DNA of 63,808 bases, filler included, from Nemertoderma westbladi (taxonomy: Eukaryota > Animalia > Xenacoelomorpha), in the NCBI GenBank assembly GCA_032718475.1. It is 3 parts of 3 records of this genome, joined end to end, with 100 filler letters (N's around TTAATTAATTAA, not from the genome) between each part and the next. Parts side by side here need not be neighbours in the genome. Positions count along the whole stretch, not along the records: positions 26,344 to 54,787 come from JAUCBJ010008867.1; 2 more parts are not named here. The stretch is one strand, 5' to 3'. A model generated the notes under the pieces. It saw only the letters and a list, made by a program, of their open reading frames with translations. It did not search any database and had not been told where the DNA came from. Positions 39,621-53,400 of this stretch are shown in pieces; position 1 is the stretch's first letter, and the number at the start of each line of letters is the position of its first letter. The translations under genes and the position numbers were made by a program.

Positions 39621-40539
39621 CATTTTTTAAAAAGTAAGAAAATCTATAATGAAAAATATATTTTTTTAAATTTTTCAAGAATAAAATATATTATTAGTTC
39701 TAGAGAAAAAAAAATATTTTTAAATAAAATAGCTAACTTGTTCTATAGTATATATATGACACTATTAGTATTCGGTCCTGTTTAAAAAAAGAGTTACACT
39801 TACATGTTTTCTATATAAATTATCATAACTTTTGAAATTTTCAACCAATTTTCGTGAACCAGGGCTCATTCGAAATGTTTTTATATTCCGCTTCTGTTAA
39901 GAATAATTAAAATCTGATAAAACTAACACCCCTTACGATACAGACAAGTATCACCCCCTTTGTGTTTACCAAATGGTATGCTTTGGAAAATATTACTTTT
40001 ATATAGCAATTTTGCTTTCTTTTCATTCAGGACAACTCGGATCGTTTATGTTTATATGTATTCTAGTTAAGTGTTGTCTGACAATTTTAAACACATAAAG
40101 ACATACTCCAGGTATTATTCGTTAAATTGTGCATAGTAAAGGATAGGGGATGCAATAAAAGTAAATTTTTGGTAAAGAATAACATTATTTAATGGCGCAT
40201 GACACTTCGTGTGAACATAGTGTGCACATGCATGATAGCTTATTTGAAAGCCGGATAATTCAGGATTTGAATGCTGTATACAATTTTTCATGATTTTGAA
40301 CCTATTTCAAAACAGGAACAATTCATCTTCTCGAAGTTGCTAAAGGATATAAACTTGTATACTTTGGGTCATACTGTAATTAATTCATATAAAATATTTA
40401 GGAAGAAAACTCGGGTTTATATCAACTGACCCACCAAAAGATGAAGAATTTCGCGGAGATATCGAATATTCTAACTACAATCGGCAAGAATACTTTGACT
40501 TTGAATTATGCTCCATTAATAGAGAACGTTTTAGGTAAT

Positions 40540-42020
40540 GGTGGTGAATACTTTGGAAATTTGATGTAATTTGTTACAAAGTATACATAAAATTATACAA
40601 AGTATACACACAAAGAATCACCATGTTTTTCCAAAGTATACATTATTTTTAAATATGAAATGTAGAAAACGTATACAAAGTATACCAACCCGTTGATTGC
40701 TACAAAATGCACTCTGAACCAGTTTGTGGTAGCGATCAAAATATTTCTCATTATCTTATACATAATATAGCAAACTCAATATTAAAATATAAATCATGGG
40801 TAAAAGGGAATGAGAGCAACAGGTGGGTTTTAAATGAAATTGAAATTGATAGCGACAACCTTAAAGTTATTAATCATCATTATTCATTTTACATTTATTT
40901 CGAAGTTCACACCAGTATGAGGCTCGCCGTTATCTTTCTCAATCTCTACAGGAGGGTCAGGTTTTAGCTTGGATGGATTTTGCTGAGAATTTCACCGTCA
41001 CTCATGACAATGAAATTCAACAAGCACATTGGAACAAATTGCAAATCACAATTCACCCCGTTAGAATTTACCTAACAGCTGGTCAATCTAGAGACAGGGG
41101 GGGGGGGGGGACTGGACGCAAAACCCGCCTTGGCGAATTAATATCCCGCCTCAATGTTAAATTCTCAATTTAGGGAAAGGAGCAGGTTACAGTGGCTCGT
41201 TAAACATAAACATCATTTCTTCGAAACGGGCCATGGAAAAGGCGCCCAGATGGGTTAGGTTCCCTCATAAAACGGAAAATGGATCGCCTGGAGTTGAAAG
41301 GTGAAGTCATTAACAGTGCTTATGACTTCTTTGAACATTTTGGTAGAACCAAGACGCTTGAAAGTGTTTTTCTACTTAAGTGATGAAGAGGTAGTAAATA
41401 TCGGCAACGATGACGAAAGTCCGCGTAAAGTTTATGGACTACGAGATGTTCATAGTGTTGAGTTAATATTAGGTCAATCGCTAAGGTATGAGTTACGTCA
41501 TCTATCCAGTTCATTGTTTACTCCTAAATATAATATCCAGGTTGATAGAAAGACATGTATTAAAGGTGGCAAGCAAACTAAAGAATCTGAAGAAGTAGAT
41601 CTACCAGTTATTGTTGGAGACGGGGGAAAAGTAGGTGATGGGCGAGAAATTCATTTTGATTGTTACAACGATAATGATGAGACTTTTCTTGGATTCCATA
41701 CCTATCCAATCAGGAATTCTAGAAACCAGCATAGACTACTTTTTGCATTGATAATTCAACCATGTATTACAGGGCTAGGACCTGAGACTAATAACTACCA
41801 TTGCGGTGTATTTGTATATTGGGTACCGGTCTAAATAATTGAGTTATTGTTTCTGAGTATGATATTGGGAGAATAATTAGCATTGATAAATTTTTCATTT
41901 TCGGTATACTTTGGATAACAAATGTGTATACTTTAAGATAAATGTCATCCAAAGTATTCTATAAAATGTATACCACCAAAAAATTATCCAAAGTATTACA
42001 CAAATTTGTATACTTTGGTT
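40540..42020 (+). mobile_element. DNA transposon relic, probably Sola2-type transposase
   Basis: MDFAENFTVTHDNEIQQAHWNKLQITIHP at 40973 and HFFETGHGKG near 41215-41245; inverted arrays of CAAAGTATAC / GTATACTTTG at both ends. Family assignment is from recalled motifs only. Confidence 0.55.
41089..41201 (+). repeat. Dispersed short repeat family, copy 2, within the transposase relic
   Basis: Homologous to 32518-32620 and to the reverse complement of 50315-50432. Confidence 0.75.
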
Positions 42021-43422
42021 GCTAATTTGGTATTTTTTAGCGTCAGTTCTTTATAACTAGACCCGCTTTATATTTAACAATCGAATTCGGATTCAGCACA
42101 ATGCTATCGAATAGTATATAACATTAATCGGAAAATTATCAATATTTGTCTAATGTTTCAAAAATACAACGTATATAAAATACATTATTGTTAAATATCT
42201 TATCTGTAATACAGCAGTAGAACAAATAGGCCATTAAGTGGGTCTAAAGGTCATCATCAACCAATTCCTTAAAAGTTTTAGCGAATATAATACAACTTAT
42301 AATTGATTGCTACAGTACTTGTCAGTATCCCTTCCCCAGTTTACATTGTAGCTCGTAAATATTTATTTATGCAGTTTGAATTGATTTTATATTTGTGATT
42401 ATTTTATAGTAAAATTAAGTAAATTATTACTCTAAAAATTTTTAGAAAAAAAACCTAATCCGAAATAGAAAATAATTTACAAGCTGGTTTATATTATTTA
42501 ATTTTAATTTAAAGTACCCTCAGTAGGCCTAGGCCTACTGGTGTTACTGGTTAGAACAACACCCGAACCCTCATCAGTAACATGTTCCCTGTATTGCGTA
42601 GTTCTGTGTTTGTAGTCAAGTAAATTTAAGTTTTTTAGAGGGTGGTCTGAGCGAGCAGGGCAGTTCAACCTACACAGGTGTGTAGGTGTAGTGTGTAGGT
42701 GTCTAGGTGTGTAGGTAGGAAAATACATTTTTCATGTATTTTTCAACCAGGTTTGTCAGGACAACCAAGATTTAATGACTTCCTAAAATTTAATGGACTA
42801 TCCAACAGCATAGGTTCAGAATTAACGCTTAATAATAAAAAAGTCAACATTGGCGGTTTTTCGTGTAAATAGCGCTCACTCACATACCGACAGGGTTGAT
42901 AGGGCAGACTCAATAATGTGAGTGATAGGTTACGTATCAACAATTTATCAAGAAATAAGTTAAAAAGTATTTAATATAATTATAGTCTCTTCAGGAAATT
43001 TGCAATTCAGTGGGTAAAGTGTCAATTTTGGGCTATAATCCCTACTTCGTGCACCAAATTGAGGTAGATAAGAATAAAAATTAAAAAAGAAATTAGAATT
43101 AGAATTAGAACTTAGAATTCCACATACTCTAAACGGACCAAATTTCAGAATATATAATTATAATTAAGTACGAAAACGCTCTTTGTATGGTCCTTTTTCT
43201 ATATACAGTACTTGTTGTGCGTCCGGTATGGGATAATCCTCCCTTAGGATCCCCCCACGTTGTTGTATGGTTTGGTTTTGTAAGGAACCGCATATCCGAC
43301 AAGTTAAAATTCACAGAACACATGAAATAAAGTAGCATAAATAGGAAATATATGTGATTTACAGTAGAGAGATCAACAATTTATACAATTATTATTTCCA
43401 TGTCAGATATATAAACAGTATC

Positions 43423-44901
43423 ATGTCGACGTATTCGGAATTCAAACCAATTTATACCAAATTATTTATCAACAACGAATGGGTAGAATCTGGGGATAAG
43501 AGAACGTTTTCGACAATAAACCCCGCAACTGGTGAGATATTATGTGATGTAGAGGAGGCTGGTGAAGCAGACGTTGACCTTGCTGTGGAGGCAGCTAATA
43601 GCGCTTTCAAGACCGACTCGCCATGGCGAACAATGACATTGTCGCAACGAAAAGACATGCTGAACAAATTGGCGGATTTAATTAGCCGCGACACGAATAT
43701 ATTAGCTAGTATCGATGTACAAGACAATGGGAAACCGTATCGAAACCTTCTGATAGAGAACGACAGAGCAGCCGATCTGTTCAGGTACTACGCCGGGTGG
43801 ATAGATAAAGTTTGCGGGCAGAATCTCCCTTGTAGCGGCTCCTATATGGCGTACACGAGGAAGGAACCAGTGGGAGTAGTGGGAGCGATCATCCCTTGGA
43901 ATTACCCACTAATTATGTTCGCAATGAAAGCGGCCCCGGCTTTGGCCTGCGGGAATACATTGATAGTAAAACCTGCGGAACAGACCCCTCTAACCGCGCT
44001 GCATCTCGCCTCATTGGTTCTAGAAGCTGGATTCCCTCCTGGCGTGGTCAATGTGTTGCCTGGCTACGGGTCAGTCTGCGGGGCGGCCTTGGCGAGTCAT
44101 ATGAGAGTCGATAAGATTGCCTTCACTGGGTCTACAGCGGTGGGAAAGTTGATACAACAAGCTGCAGGAAAGTCGAATTTAAAACGTGTGACTCTGGAAT
44201 TGGGAGGAAAAAGTCCTAATATAATATTCGCTGACGCTGGTGATATTCATTGGCTGGTTAAGGAGGCCCAATCAGCGTGCTACTTAAACATGGGGCAAAC
44301 ATGTATCGCTGCGTCTCGCACCTACGTGGAGGAGCCAATCTATGACGAGTTTGTTCGTTTATCGCGCGCAGCGGCATTGAGTCTGCGAGTCGGTGATCCC
44401 ACAGACCCATCAACCAATCACGGGCCGCAAATAGACAAGAAGCAGTTCGATAAAACTCTAAAATACATCGAGTTAGGTAAATTGGAAGGCGCGAAGCTAC
44501 AATGTGGAGGTGCACAAGAGGGAAATAAAGGGTACTTTATTCAACCTACAGTATTTTCGGACGTTCTGGAATCTATGAGTATCTGCAAGGATGAAATTTT
44601 CGGTCCGGTTCAGAGTATCATTAAGTTTAACACTGTCGATGAGGTTATTGATCGAGGTAATGATACGGACTACGGACTAGCAGCCGGTGTTTATACAACC
44701 GATATCAATAAGGCTATAAGGGTATCTAACGGGTTACGAGCTGGGTCTGTTTGGGTTAATTGTTACTTCGATAAGCCGTCAATGGGAATGCCTTTCGGTG
44801 GCTACAAACAAAGCGGTGTGGGTAGGGAGAATGGGGAAGCTGTGTTGGACAACTACTTGGAGGTGAAGTGTGTTGTTATTAAAGTCTCTAATAATGATTG
44901 A
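43423..44901 (+). CDS. Aldehyde dehydrogenase, ALDH1/2 family (cytosolic ALDH1A-like), intronless
   Basis: 492 aa from ATG at 43423 (MSTYSEFKPIYTKLFINNEW); IIPWNYP, KPAEQTP, FTGSTAVG, LELGGKSP (catalytic E), GQTCIAASR (catalytic C), EIFGPV, PFGGYKQSGVGRE; no mitochondrial presequence. Confidence 0.96.
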   Translation: MSTYSEFKPIYTKLFINNEWVESGDKRTFSTINPATGEILCDVEEAGEADVDLAVEAANSAFKTDSPWRTMTLSQRKDMLNKLADLISRDTNILASIDVQDNGKPYRNLLIENDRAADLFRYYAGWIDKVCGQNLPCSGSYMAYTRKEPVGVVGAIIPWNYPLIMFAMKAAPALACGNTLIVKPAEQTPLTALHLASLVLEAGFPPGVVNVLPGYGSVCGAALASHMRVDKIAFTGSTAVGKLIQQAAGKSNLKRVTLELGGKSPNIIFADAGDIHWLVKEAQSACYLNMGQTCIAASRTYVEEPIYDEFVRLSRAAALSLRVGDPTDPSTNHGPQIDKKQFDKTLKYIELGKLEGAKLQCGGAQEGNKGYFIQPTVFSDVLESMSICKDEIFGPVQSIIKFNTVDEVIDRGNDTDYGLAAGVYTTDINKAIRVSNGLRAGSVWVNCYFDKPSMGMPFGGYKQSGVGRENGEAVLDNYLEVKCVVIKVSNND

Positions 44902-45738
44902 TACCAATGATGATACTAAATTTAATACAATTATTACTGTCTGTATGTTTATGAGTTTATAGTTTCTCTTAACAGTATGTAGTTTATTAATTAGCAGGTT
45001 TATGGGATAATAATTATGGATCTGTACTGCCTAACATTGCGTTTTATATTTAATGCCAAGGTCTACTTTCATCTGTGTAGATTTTAAAATATTTCTCCTT
45101 GGAATCTTAAGAAGTGATTGATTTAATTGATTTCCAGACTTCAAATAAATAGTTATTATTTTTATTTGTGTGGGATAAATTTCGCAGCACAAAATCGCCA
45201 AGGTGACATATTCTCCAACTTTAAGTCGCAGTGCGACATATCAGTATGAATATTCTCTGTAAGTCATACGTTTTGTATGCATGTCCAGTATGTCAACGCG
45301 TCATTCTAAATATAATCACATGACGTCATTCAAATACGCATTATAACTATTTCATAATTGCACAACAATGAAATAATTAATAGGTTGAGATTAGAACCAA
45401 CGGCAATTACATCATACCCCAACTAACCCGCTACTTTGGTACCCAAAAATGTGTAACACTTTACGCCGAAATAGTGGTTAAAACATAAAGTTCTGAAAGG
45501 AAAATATATATTGTACTGTATTATACCTATTTCGAAAATATATATATATATATTATAGTATATATTTAGTACTGGAGTTATTCAACTTTCCGTAGCAGAT
45601 AGATTTCTCAATAGATTGGTAGGCTTTTGTTTTTTTAGGTCCGCGTAGCGAGACCTCAAGTTTTCACTCCGTTGTTGTTAATGGTGTTTGTTGTTGGTGT
45701 TAATTTCCGGATAGGTTTTGGTATTAATGCTTGATACA

Positions 45739-45805
45739 GCCCCAGTAGATCAGTTGGCAGAGCGTGGGACTTGCTAGGTACCGAGTTCAATTCCCACATT
45801 CCGGT
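45739..45805 (+). repeat. tRNA-derived SINE head fragment
   Basis: A-box-like TAGATCAGTTGG and B-box-like GAGTTCAATTCC without a complete cloverleaf. Confidence 0.4.
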
Positions 45806-46076
45806 GGATTATTTTAGTTGTAAGATTGTTAGACGCGGACCTTTGCTCGATTTCGCGTTTGTTCTTTTCGCTTTCAAGTGTGCGAGACATTGCATTGTAT
45901 GTGATTATGTTTTTAGTCGGGTATTTCAACTTCAGAGTTTTGGGCTTGGCCGGCTGGCCCTACGCACCTACTGTCAGCCTAGCCTAAATCAAACAATTAC
46001 CGCTAACGGAACAGGCTCTATATAAAAGATAATAAAATTTGTTTCAATACCAGTTAGATCTTTCAATATCCATTAA

Positions 46077-46926
46077 CCCTATTCCACCTGGGCTCTTTTG
46101 TCCGAGATTCCACCTGGGGTTGGGCATAATATGCCCAACAGTTTATTATACACTAAAAAGTAATGATAATTTTATCAAAACTTTCCAAATTTTCGCAGGT
46201 TTATAGAAAAATATATACTGCATCTGTTCTGAGTTTTATATATTCATAATTTTAAATAATATATCCATATAAATTAATTATCATGAAGATAACCCATTAT
46301 AGTAAAAAGATGAGATAATACTATACATACTCCTCCCAACACTACTGTCTGCCTAACTCTGCCAGACATCCCAAGTGAAAATTTTGCTTGCAGGGTGCTG
46401 TTATTGAATAGATTTATTCACCTCTGTTTATGTCTGCTGTATTACATTAGGAATATACTGGTTTCAATGGTGGTTGTTGTTGTTTTATCCTAGTAGACTT
46501 ATTGCTTGCTTATCTGTCAGTTTAGTATTTTGTTATTAAAAAATAATGTGATTGATGTGTACTAATCCAAGCAGTAGACAATCTCATGTTTGAATTTAAC
46601 TTTACAACCCAGCCAAGTGAATGTCCTCGACCGTAATTGGTTGTATTCTAGCTTGTTGACCAGGGGAACTATCCAACCAGGGATTATCTTTTCTACCAGT
46701 TAGGCTAATAAAGATATTATAATAAAAAAATGTGACTATGATATGAAAAACACACCATAGCACAAAAAGTATATATGATGAAAAAAATATTTTGTTACCA
46801 TCAGAAAGCCAATTAAATTCTAGGAAAAGTCAATGAATTTCATAATAATACATAAAAATCATCATGATGAATTTCTAAAAATAAAAAGTGTTGGGCAGAT
46901 TCTGCCCAACCCCAGGTGGAATAGGG
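46077..46926. mobile_element. piggyBac-like MITE
   Basis: TTAA|CCCTATTCCACCTGGG...CCCAGGTGGAATAGGG|TTAA, with subterminal inverted repeats GTTGGGCA...TGCCCAAC. Confidence 0.9.
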
Positions 46927-48028
46927 TTAACATTCAAAGTACATTACAGAATTACGTTGAATGACAATCAAACTAAATTAATATTTCGATATCAGGCCTA
47001 ACCATCAACCGCAGGACAATAATAGTGCAAACAGCCTCCTTTTATATTATTTCCCTAACTTCTTGAACGAGAAGGTCTAGGCCTACTGTGATATCCGTAC
47101 TCCACGGTCACAAAGTATGTAAATCATATCTATACTACCCTGAAATTATTCATTATCTTTCTGTGGACAAGACTACCGGGGTATTGATGACTAATTACGG
47201 ATTTCATATGTAACTTGTCAAGAAAATATGTATATTTGTCCAACAATTTACAGTATTCACGAAGTCATTGTTACTATATTTTAAGGACAAGCCACTAAAT
47301 ATTTGATAAGACTACTTATTATATTATCTTGGAAATTATAGCTCCTTTAGCTAAACTACAGAAACTTCTTTACAAATTGACACTTAATGCATATGAAGTC
47401 TCCGGGGATTTTTAAGGCTACAGTAGTCTCTGAATTTTGTTTATACTGTAGCCTTGAATTTTGATTTCTAAGGAACAACTTGTCTCTATATTTCGCTAAT
47501 AGATATGATATTTTGGAATGATATATTATGCTCCACCAAATAGAACATCACATTTTAGTATAGAAGAATTAATTATTTCATATGAAGTGTAATATTTCTG
47601 CAATTTCAAGATATAATTTTCTTATGCATAGAAGTGGTTACAGAGGTTTTTCGACACATAGAATTTCCGGTAAAATCAATGCAAATGTACTACAAGTAGT
47701 TTTTCTGAACTGTAAATTACATGAGGATCACAAGGCATGTACGTACAGTAATATATTGCATAAACTTGCTTTGAATTCGTCATTTTCGATCTATTATGAC
47801 GCCACCTCTTCCAAAACAACACAAATTTTATTGACAAGACTACGTTTTTATGGATTTTGGGATTTACTTTCTCATGTTGTGTATAATTAAATATGTGCTA
47901 CAATTTTACAATTTATAAATGTTAAAGGGCAAAAAATTAGCTTTCGAACGATACTTGAATGAAAGAAATCCGTTTAGCGGTTCAAATTTTACAGCTTTCA
48001 CCAAAATCGTGGACATTTAATTCCTTAA

Positions 48029-49264
48029 CCCTATTTGGCCTGGGGGGGGGGGGTCATTTAAGAAATTTTTATGTAAATCATCTGTATCTTTCAGTCAGTT
48101 TTGTTGGGAAACGCGAAATTTCGTGACTTTTTCTAAAATGTAATGGGCTATCCAACAGCGAAAACGCCATTTACATGGCTACGTTCGTTTTCGTGCTATG
48201 GTCCCTTTCTGGCACCCATCTCCAGTATTTTCAAAATATTAATTGGCTCACTAATATAAATTCATTTACATTATATAGCGGTTTTTTTAAATGCTGATCA
48301 CGATTATAGATCCCAAATATAATATTTGAGAAAATTTTTGGTCATTTTGAATGTGCCCTCTTGGGCACAAAAAAAACAAGTTGTGCAAATTCGATAATGA
48401 AAAATCACCACGAAATCAACTCAATTTTATCACCATATAGGTTTTTTGATTGTAGACTATAGATTTTAGATTGTAGGTTAGACTGTAATTCATGTTTTTG
48501 GGATGCTGATCACGATTATGATACTGAAATATATCGTATATTGTTGATTTGGGCATTTTTGGATATGTGTCAATGTGCGGCACGAAAAATACAAGTAGCA
48601 CACATTTGATAATCAAAAATCATTACCAAATCAACCTAATTGTTAGATATTATATGTTTTCTGGGACGCTGATCACGAATATGTCAATCAAAAATATCGT
48701 ATTATCCAACCAAATTAAACCAACCGATTTTTGCCGTTTGAAATTTTATGCTACTTGCATGTTTCGTCCCACCAGACAAGCACCAAAAATCGTGTATCGT
48801 GATTACCGACCTTGAAAACCAGTATAACTTCAGAATTACTAAACCAAAGGCAAAATTTAATAGTTTATTATTTTGTGCTATTTGTACTTTTCGTTCTGGG
48901 GCACCAGAATAGCACCAAAATTGGGTTTCATTACCGGAAATATTTATAACTAGTGTCATCGTGATCAGCGACCTAGAAACCCCGTCAACGTTCAGAATTA
49001 TCAAACCAAACATAAAATTTCTTAGTTTGACATATTTTTACTTGTATTTTTCATCCTGGGGGGACCAAAATAGCTTTAAAAAATGATGGTTGCCTCGTCA
49101 TAAAATAGTTTTAACAAGTTTTATCGCGATCAGCGACCTCGAAAACCCTTATACAGGTACCATCAAAATTTTAATTTTTGAGCCAAGATATAAAAAATTT
49201 CTAAAATATGACCTATTACCAATTACGTCCAATTACGTTGTAAAATAGCCCGGGCCAGATAGGG
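48029..49264. mobile_element. piggyBac-like MITE, second family
   Basis: TTAA|CCCTATTTGGCCTGGG...CCCGGGCCAGATAGGG|TTTA; internal GCTGATCACGA / GATCAGCGACC repeats. Confidence 0.8.
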
Positions 49265-50189
49265 TTTAAGGGTGTTTTGTGTCTTATATATTTAACATGT
49301 CATGCTTTCTTTCTCTGTTAAAACACGAATAATTTTACACTTCAATGTTGTTTTAGAAAGTGTAAATATGCATATTACAAAGAATTCGTCACAAAAATTC
49401 AAAAGATTTGCCATTGGAACTTTTAAGGTGTATTTCTTAAATTGTTACTTTTTCGCTCAATTATACCCCAAAATCGAGAGAAAATGTAGTACTTTTTTCA
49501 CCAGGTAAAAAAAGTAACTCCTTGGATTGCTTTGATTTTACTTTTTTCCCAGGCAAAAAAAGTAAAGTAAAATATTTTTGGTGGAATTTCTTAAATTGTA
49601 TTGAAAGAGCTGTTAAAGAGCATCGAAAGGGTAAAGGGTTTGCAAGAGCAATTTGAGAAAAATCCATGCACACCCTCCTCACAAGTACTCATTCCAAATG
49701 TAGTGTCTGCAAGGTGTACTCCAAATCGGAACTCAATATCCAATATTGGTTTATGTTGATAAGCGGCTCTTTAGTTGCGTAAATAAATATTCGAGAACAC
49801 TAAATTATTTTAGTAAAGCAACATCGAGAGTTGAAGAATACAATACAGTAATTGGAATCGCAGTAACTATGGAAGAACTGTAAAATACTACAGTTAAATT
49901 TAATTTGTAACACTACAGAATATCGCTTTATCTTTTATTAAAGATTTAAGCAACAAAAAACTACAAATTTAAGAATATAATCACGTATTACAGTACATGG
50001 GAAAAAAACGTAGAAAGTTGAAATATAAAAATGAAAAAAGTTATACTTGTTCCCCATAATAAACAATTACTACCTATGGCCCCTGTTTTGTTATTCAACA
50101 AAAATTTGTTCCGAAATGCTGCAAAGTGTTATGTGATTAACAAAGACGTGTGTCTAGTTTACAGATAGGGGGTGGGGGGGGGGGGGGGG

Positions 50190-50432
50190 GGGGGTGACTG
50201 GACACAATAAAAATTTATCCCTCTCCAGGGGAAATTGGACGCAAATAACCCTAAAATAAATAAATCTGTAACCTGTTCTATTGTATATTTAGTATATTGT
50301 TTTGGTTAAAATAACGTGCCACTGTAACCTGCTCCTTTCCCTAAATGGAGTATTTAACATTGAGGCGGGATATTAATTCGCCAAGGCGGGATTTGCGTCC
50401 AGTCCCCCCCCCCCAGGCTCCCTGTCTCCTAG
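50190..50432 (-). repeat. Dispersed short repeat family, copy 3
   Basis: Reverse complement of 32518-32760 and 41089-41201. Confidence 0.75.
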
Positions 50433-50466
50433 TTTATGTACAGGTTTAATTTGAAACGAACCGGCG

Positions 50467-53400
50467 GGGAGCAGTCCTGGACAAAAATTTTTTTTTTTCA
50501 AATTTTTTTTTTCTGCGATTCTAGATCGAAATTTTCCAGAGTTTGCAAAAATACTAATTTCAGAGCCACAGTGTCAGCCGTTCATGAACTACAGCAACTT
50601 TGACAATGATACCTTTTCGTAAATTCATTAATCTAAACTATCTTATATTTATATAATCTTGGTGTCATCTTATACAGTACTACTGTCAGAGTTGTATTTT
50701 TAAAAACTGTACATGAGTTCATCTGGAGGGAAATTCAAACTCAATAAAATGAAGACAATTTAGATAACCGTATCATATAGGTACCGGTAGTCACAATACA
50801 CAGTACAATTCAGTAATTACAACTTCGCAATGCCTCGGAATAAAAACTTTGGCAAAGGAACATTTTATTCAAGGAAAACTGGAGATGTTCCTGGAAAGAA
50901 ACGTTGCACTAGGGCTCTGAAAGATAAATCGCATAGAGCTGGTCCCTGTGTCATAATGGTACTAGGAGAGATAATGGTAAAAATAATACCGGTTGTTCCA
51001 ATCAGCCAATAGGCCTACCTCGACCCATCTAATACTAATAGTTGACCTCGGGTTGGTAGAAGCGGCACTTATAACAAGTGTTACTTGCAATAAATGCAGT
51101 TCTTCAAACCTGACGCTATCAGCAGATCCTACTATTAGGGACGGTCTTGCGGTTTTACTACTTATAAATTGTTCAGAGTGTAAAACTAGTCACAAGTTTT
51201 GGACATCGAAAACTTGTAGGCCTAACACTATCAATGACAATGAGGACACCTTTGACTCTGATACGATGACAACAAAAAAGAACCACTATGAAGTAAATAT
51301 AAGGTACACATATGGTCTTAGGTGTATTGGGGGTGGGCAGCAGCAAGGTAAAGTTCTCGCTGCGATGATGAATCTCCCTCAGCCACCAACTAAATGGTTT
51401 CCAATGTACAACGTTATATTAGAGATTATAAAACGCTTCGCTGAGGAATCCATGGCCAATGCAGCTGCTGAAGCGGTGGAAGTGAATGTGGATGAACCGA
51501 AAGAAAATTTAGCCTGTAGCTTCGACGGTACTTGGCAAAAAAGAGGACATAAATCATTGAATGGAGCAGTTAGTACCATCAGTGTAGATACGGGGAAAGT
51601 TGTTGACATCATGGTTTTGAGTAAATTTTGCCATAAATGTGCTGCACTGAAGGACGATTCAGTCAATGGAACAGGTATATCATCTCATTGTGAAAACTGC
51701 ATGAAAAACTTTGAAGGCTGCAGTAGCGGTGGAATGGAAGTGTGGGGGGGAGGGGGGGGGGGGGGGGGTTGGTTGGAAACCAGATATGCTTGGACGGTAG
51801 GAGGGCGAAAGTCCGCGATTCACTGCGGCATCTTTTTTACAACCGCATTTATAAATTATATTATATTGCAGAATATAATACAGATATGATAAATGTACAA
51901 AAAATATTAATTTAATTATATTTTTCTATAGGTGCTATGACTATATGTAACCGATCTGAAGCCAAGTATGGTGTGAAATATGCGAAATACCTGGGAGACG
52001 GAGATTCATCCAGCTTTCTAAGGATTTCTGATGCAAAGCCTTACAAGGATATCGACATTCAGAAACTGGAATGTGTAGGTCACATTCAAAAGAGAATGGG
52101 TGGAAGGCTGCGACAACTGAAAAAGAATTATAGGGGCCAGAATTTATCAGATGGTAAACTGCTTATTGGTAAAGGTGGACTAACGGAAGCTGCAGTAGAC
52201 TCATTACAAGTTTATTATGGAAGAGCTATTAGGTCTAATACGGATTCTCTTCACAATATGGTAAAGGCTGTTTGGGCAATATTTCTACACAAATGTTCTA
52301 CTGATGATTATCCCCAGCATCAGTTATGTCCTAAAGGACTCGATAGTTGGTGTCGTTACAACAAGTCCATTGAAACGGGCAATTTATACCATCATAACCA
52401 CAGTCTTCCAGCTGCTGTAATGGAAGAAATCAAACCAACCTTCAGGGATTTAGCTCATCCAACTCTTCTGAGGAAATGCCTTCATGGCAAGACTCAAAAT
52501 TCAAATGAGTCCTGGAATAACGTTCTGTGGAGCCGCTGCCCAAAACGAACATTTGTAGGACGGAAGGTTTTCGAGATTAGTGCCTATGGTGCGGTTTTTA
52601 ACCTTCAATAATGGTTATCAAAGTCGGTGTGGACTTTTACAACGGTTTGATCTCGATATTGGAGTTTACACGCAGAAAGGGTTGAACTATTTAGACGAAC
52701 AACGAATCATCAAAGCTGAGAAGGCAAATACCGACGTACAAAAGATAGAAAGGAAAACTTCACGCAAGAGGAAACTACAGAAAGATGAAAATGATTATGG
52801 AGCTGGACAATTCTGAAAAGTGATAGGTTTATATGAAATAGAAAAAAGTAAATAAAGAGGAAAATAAAATGTTCTTATATTTGTTTAATATTATTAATAT
52901 TATAATTAAATTATTTAGTTTTTAAATTAGTGAAAAAGGTATCTTTTCACTAATTTAAAAATTCTGGAAAAAGTTTTAAAGTGAAAAAAATTATTTTCAC
53001 TAATTTTAAAGAAAAATGTGAAAACAAGTATTTTTTTACTAATTTTATAAAAAAAGTAAAAAAAAAACCTTTTCACAAATTTATATAAAAAAAAAATAGT
53101 GAAATTATTTTTTTTCTCTAAATTTCTGGAAATTAGTGGAAAAAGTTAGATATCTTCACTCATTTAAAAATTAAGATTGAGAAAAAGCGGGTTTTTCAAA
53201 TAAAAATGTTTAATGCTGTTTTTCTCGGATTGTGGATTTTTAAAAGTTTCGGTACCATTTTGTGACAATTTCAAGGCTGTCTATTATTTTTAATTTGAGA
53301 CTCTAGATCAGTTTTTTCCACTGAATTCAGCCAGTCAATAGTTATCCTGATTAAATTACAAATTACGCTTCGGTTTGTCAAAACAATATTTCCGAAACTA

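Noticed and set aside
43354-43422. 23-aa N-terminal extension of the ALDH from a GTG start
   Set aside because: Non-ATG start in AT-rich sequence; family similarity begins after the ATG at 43423.
43423-44901. Bacterial contamination or horizontal transfer of the intronless ALDH
   Set aside because: Motifs such as KLFINNEW and AAGKSNLKRVTLELGGKSP are typical of animal ALDH1/2 and the flanks are host repeats; a phylogeny would be needed to exclude it formally.
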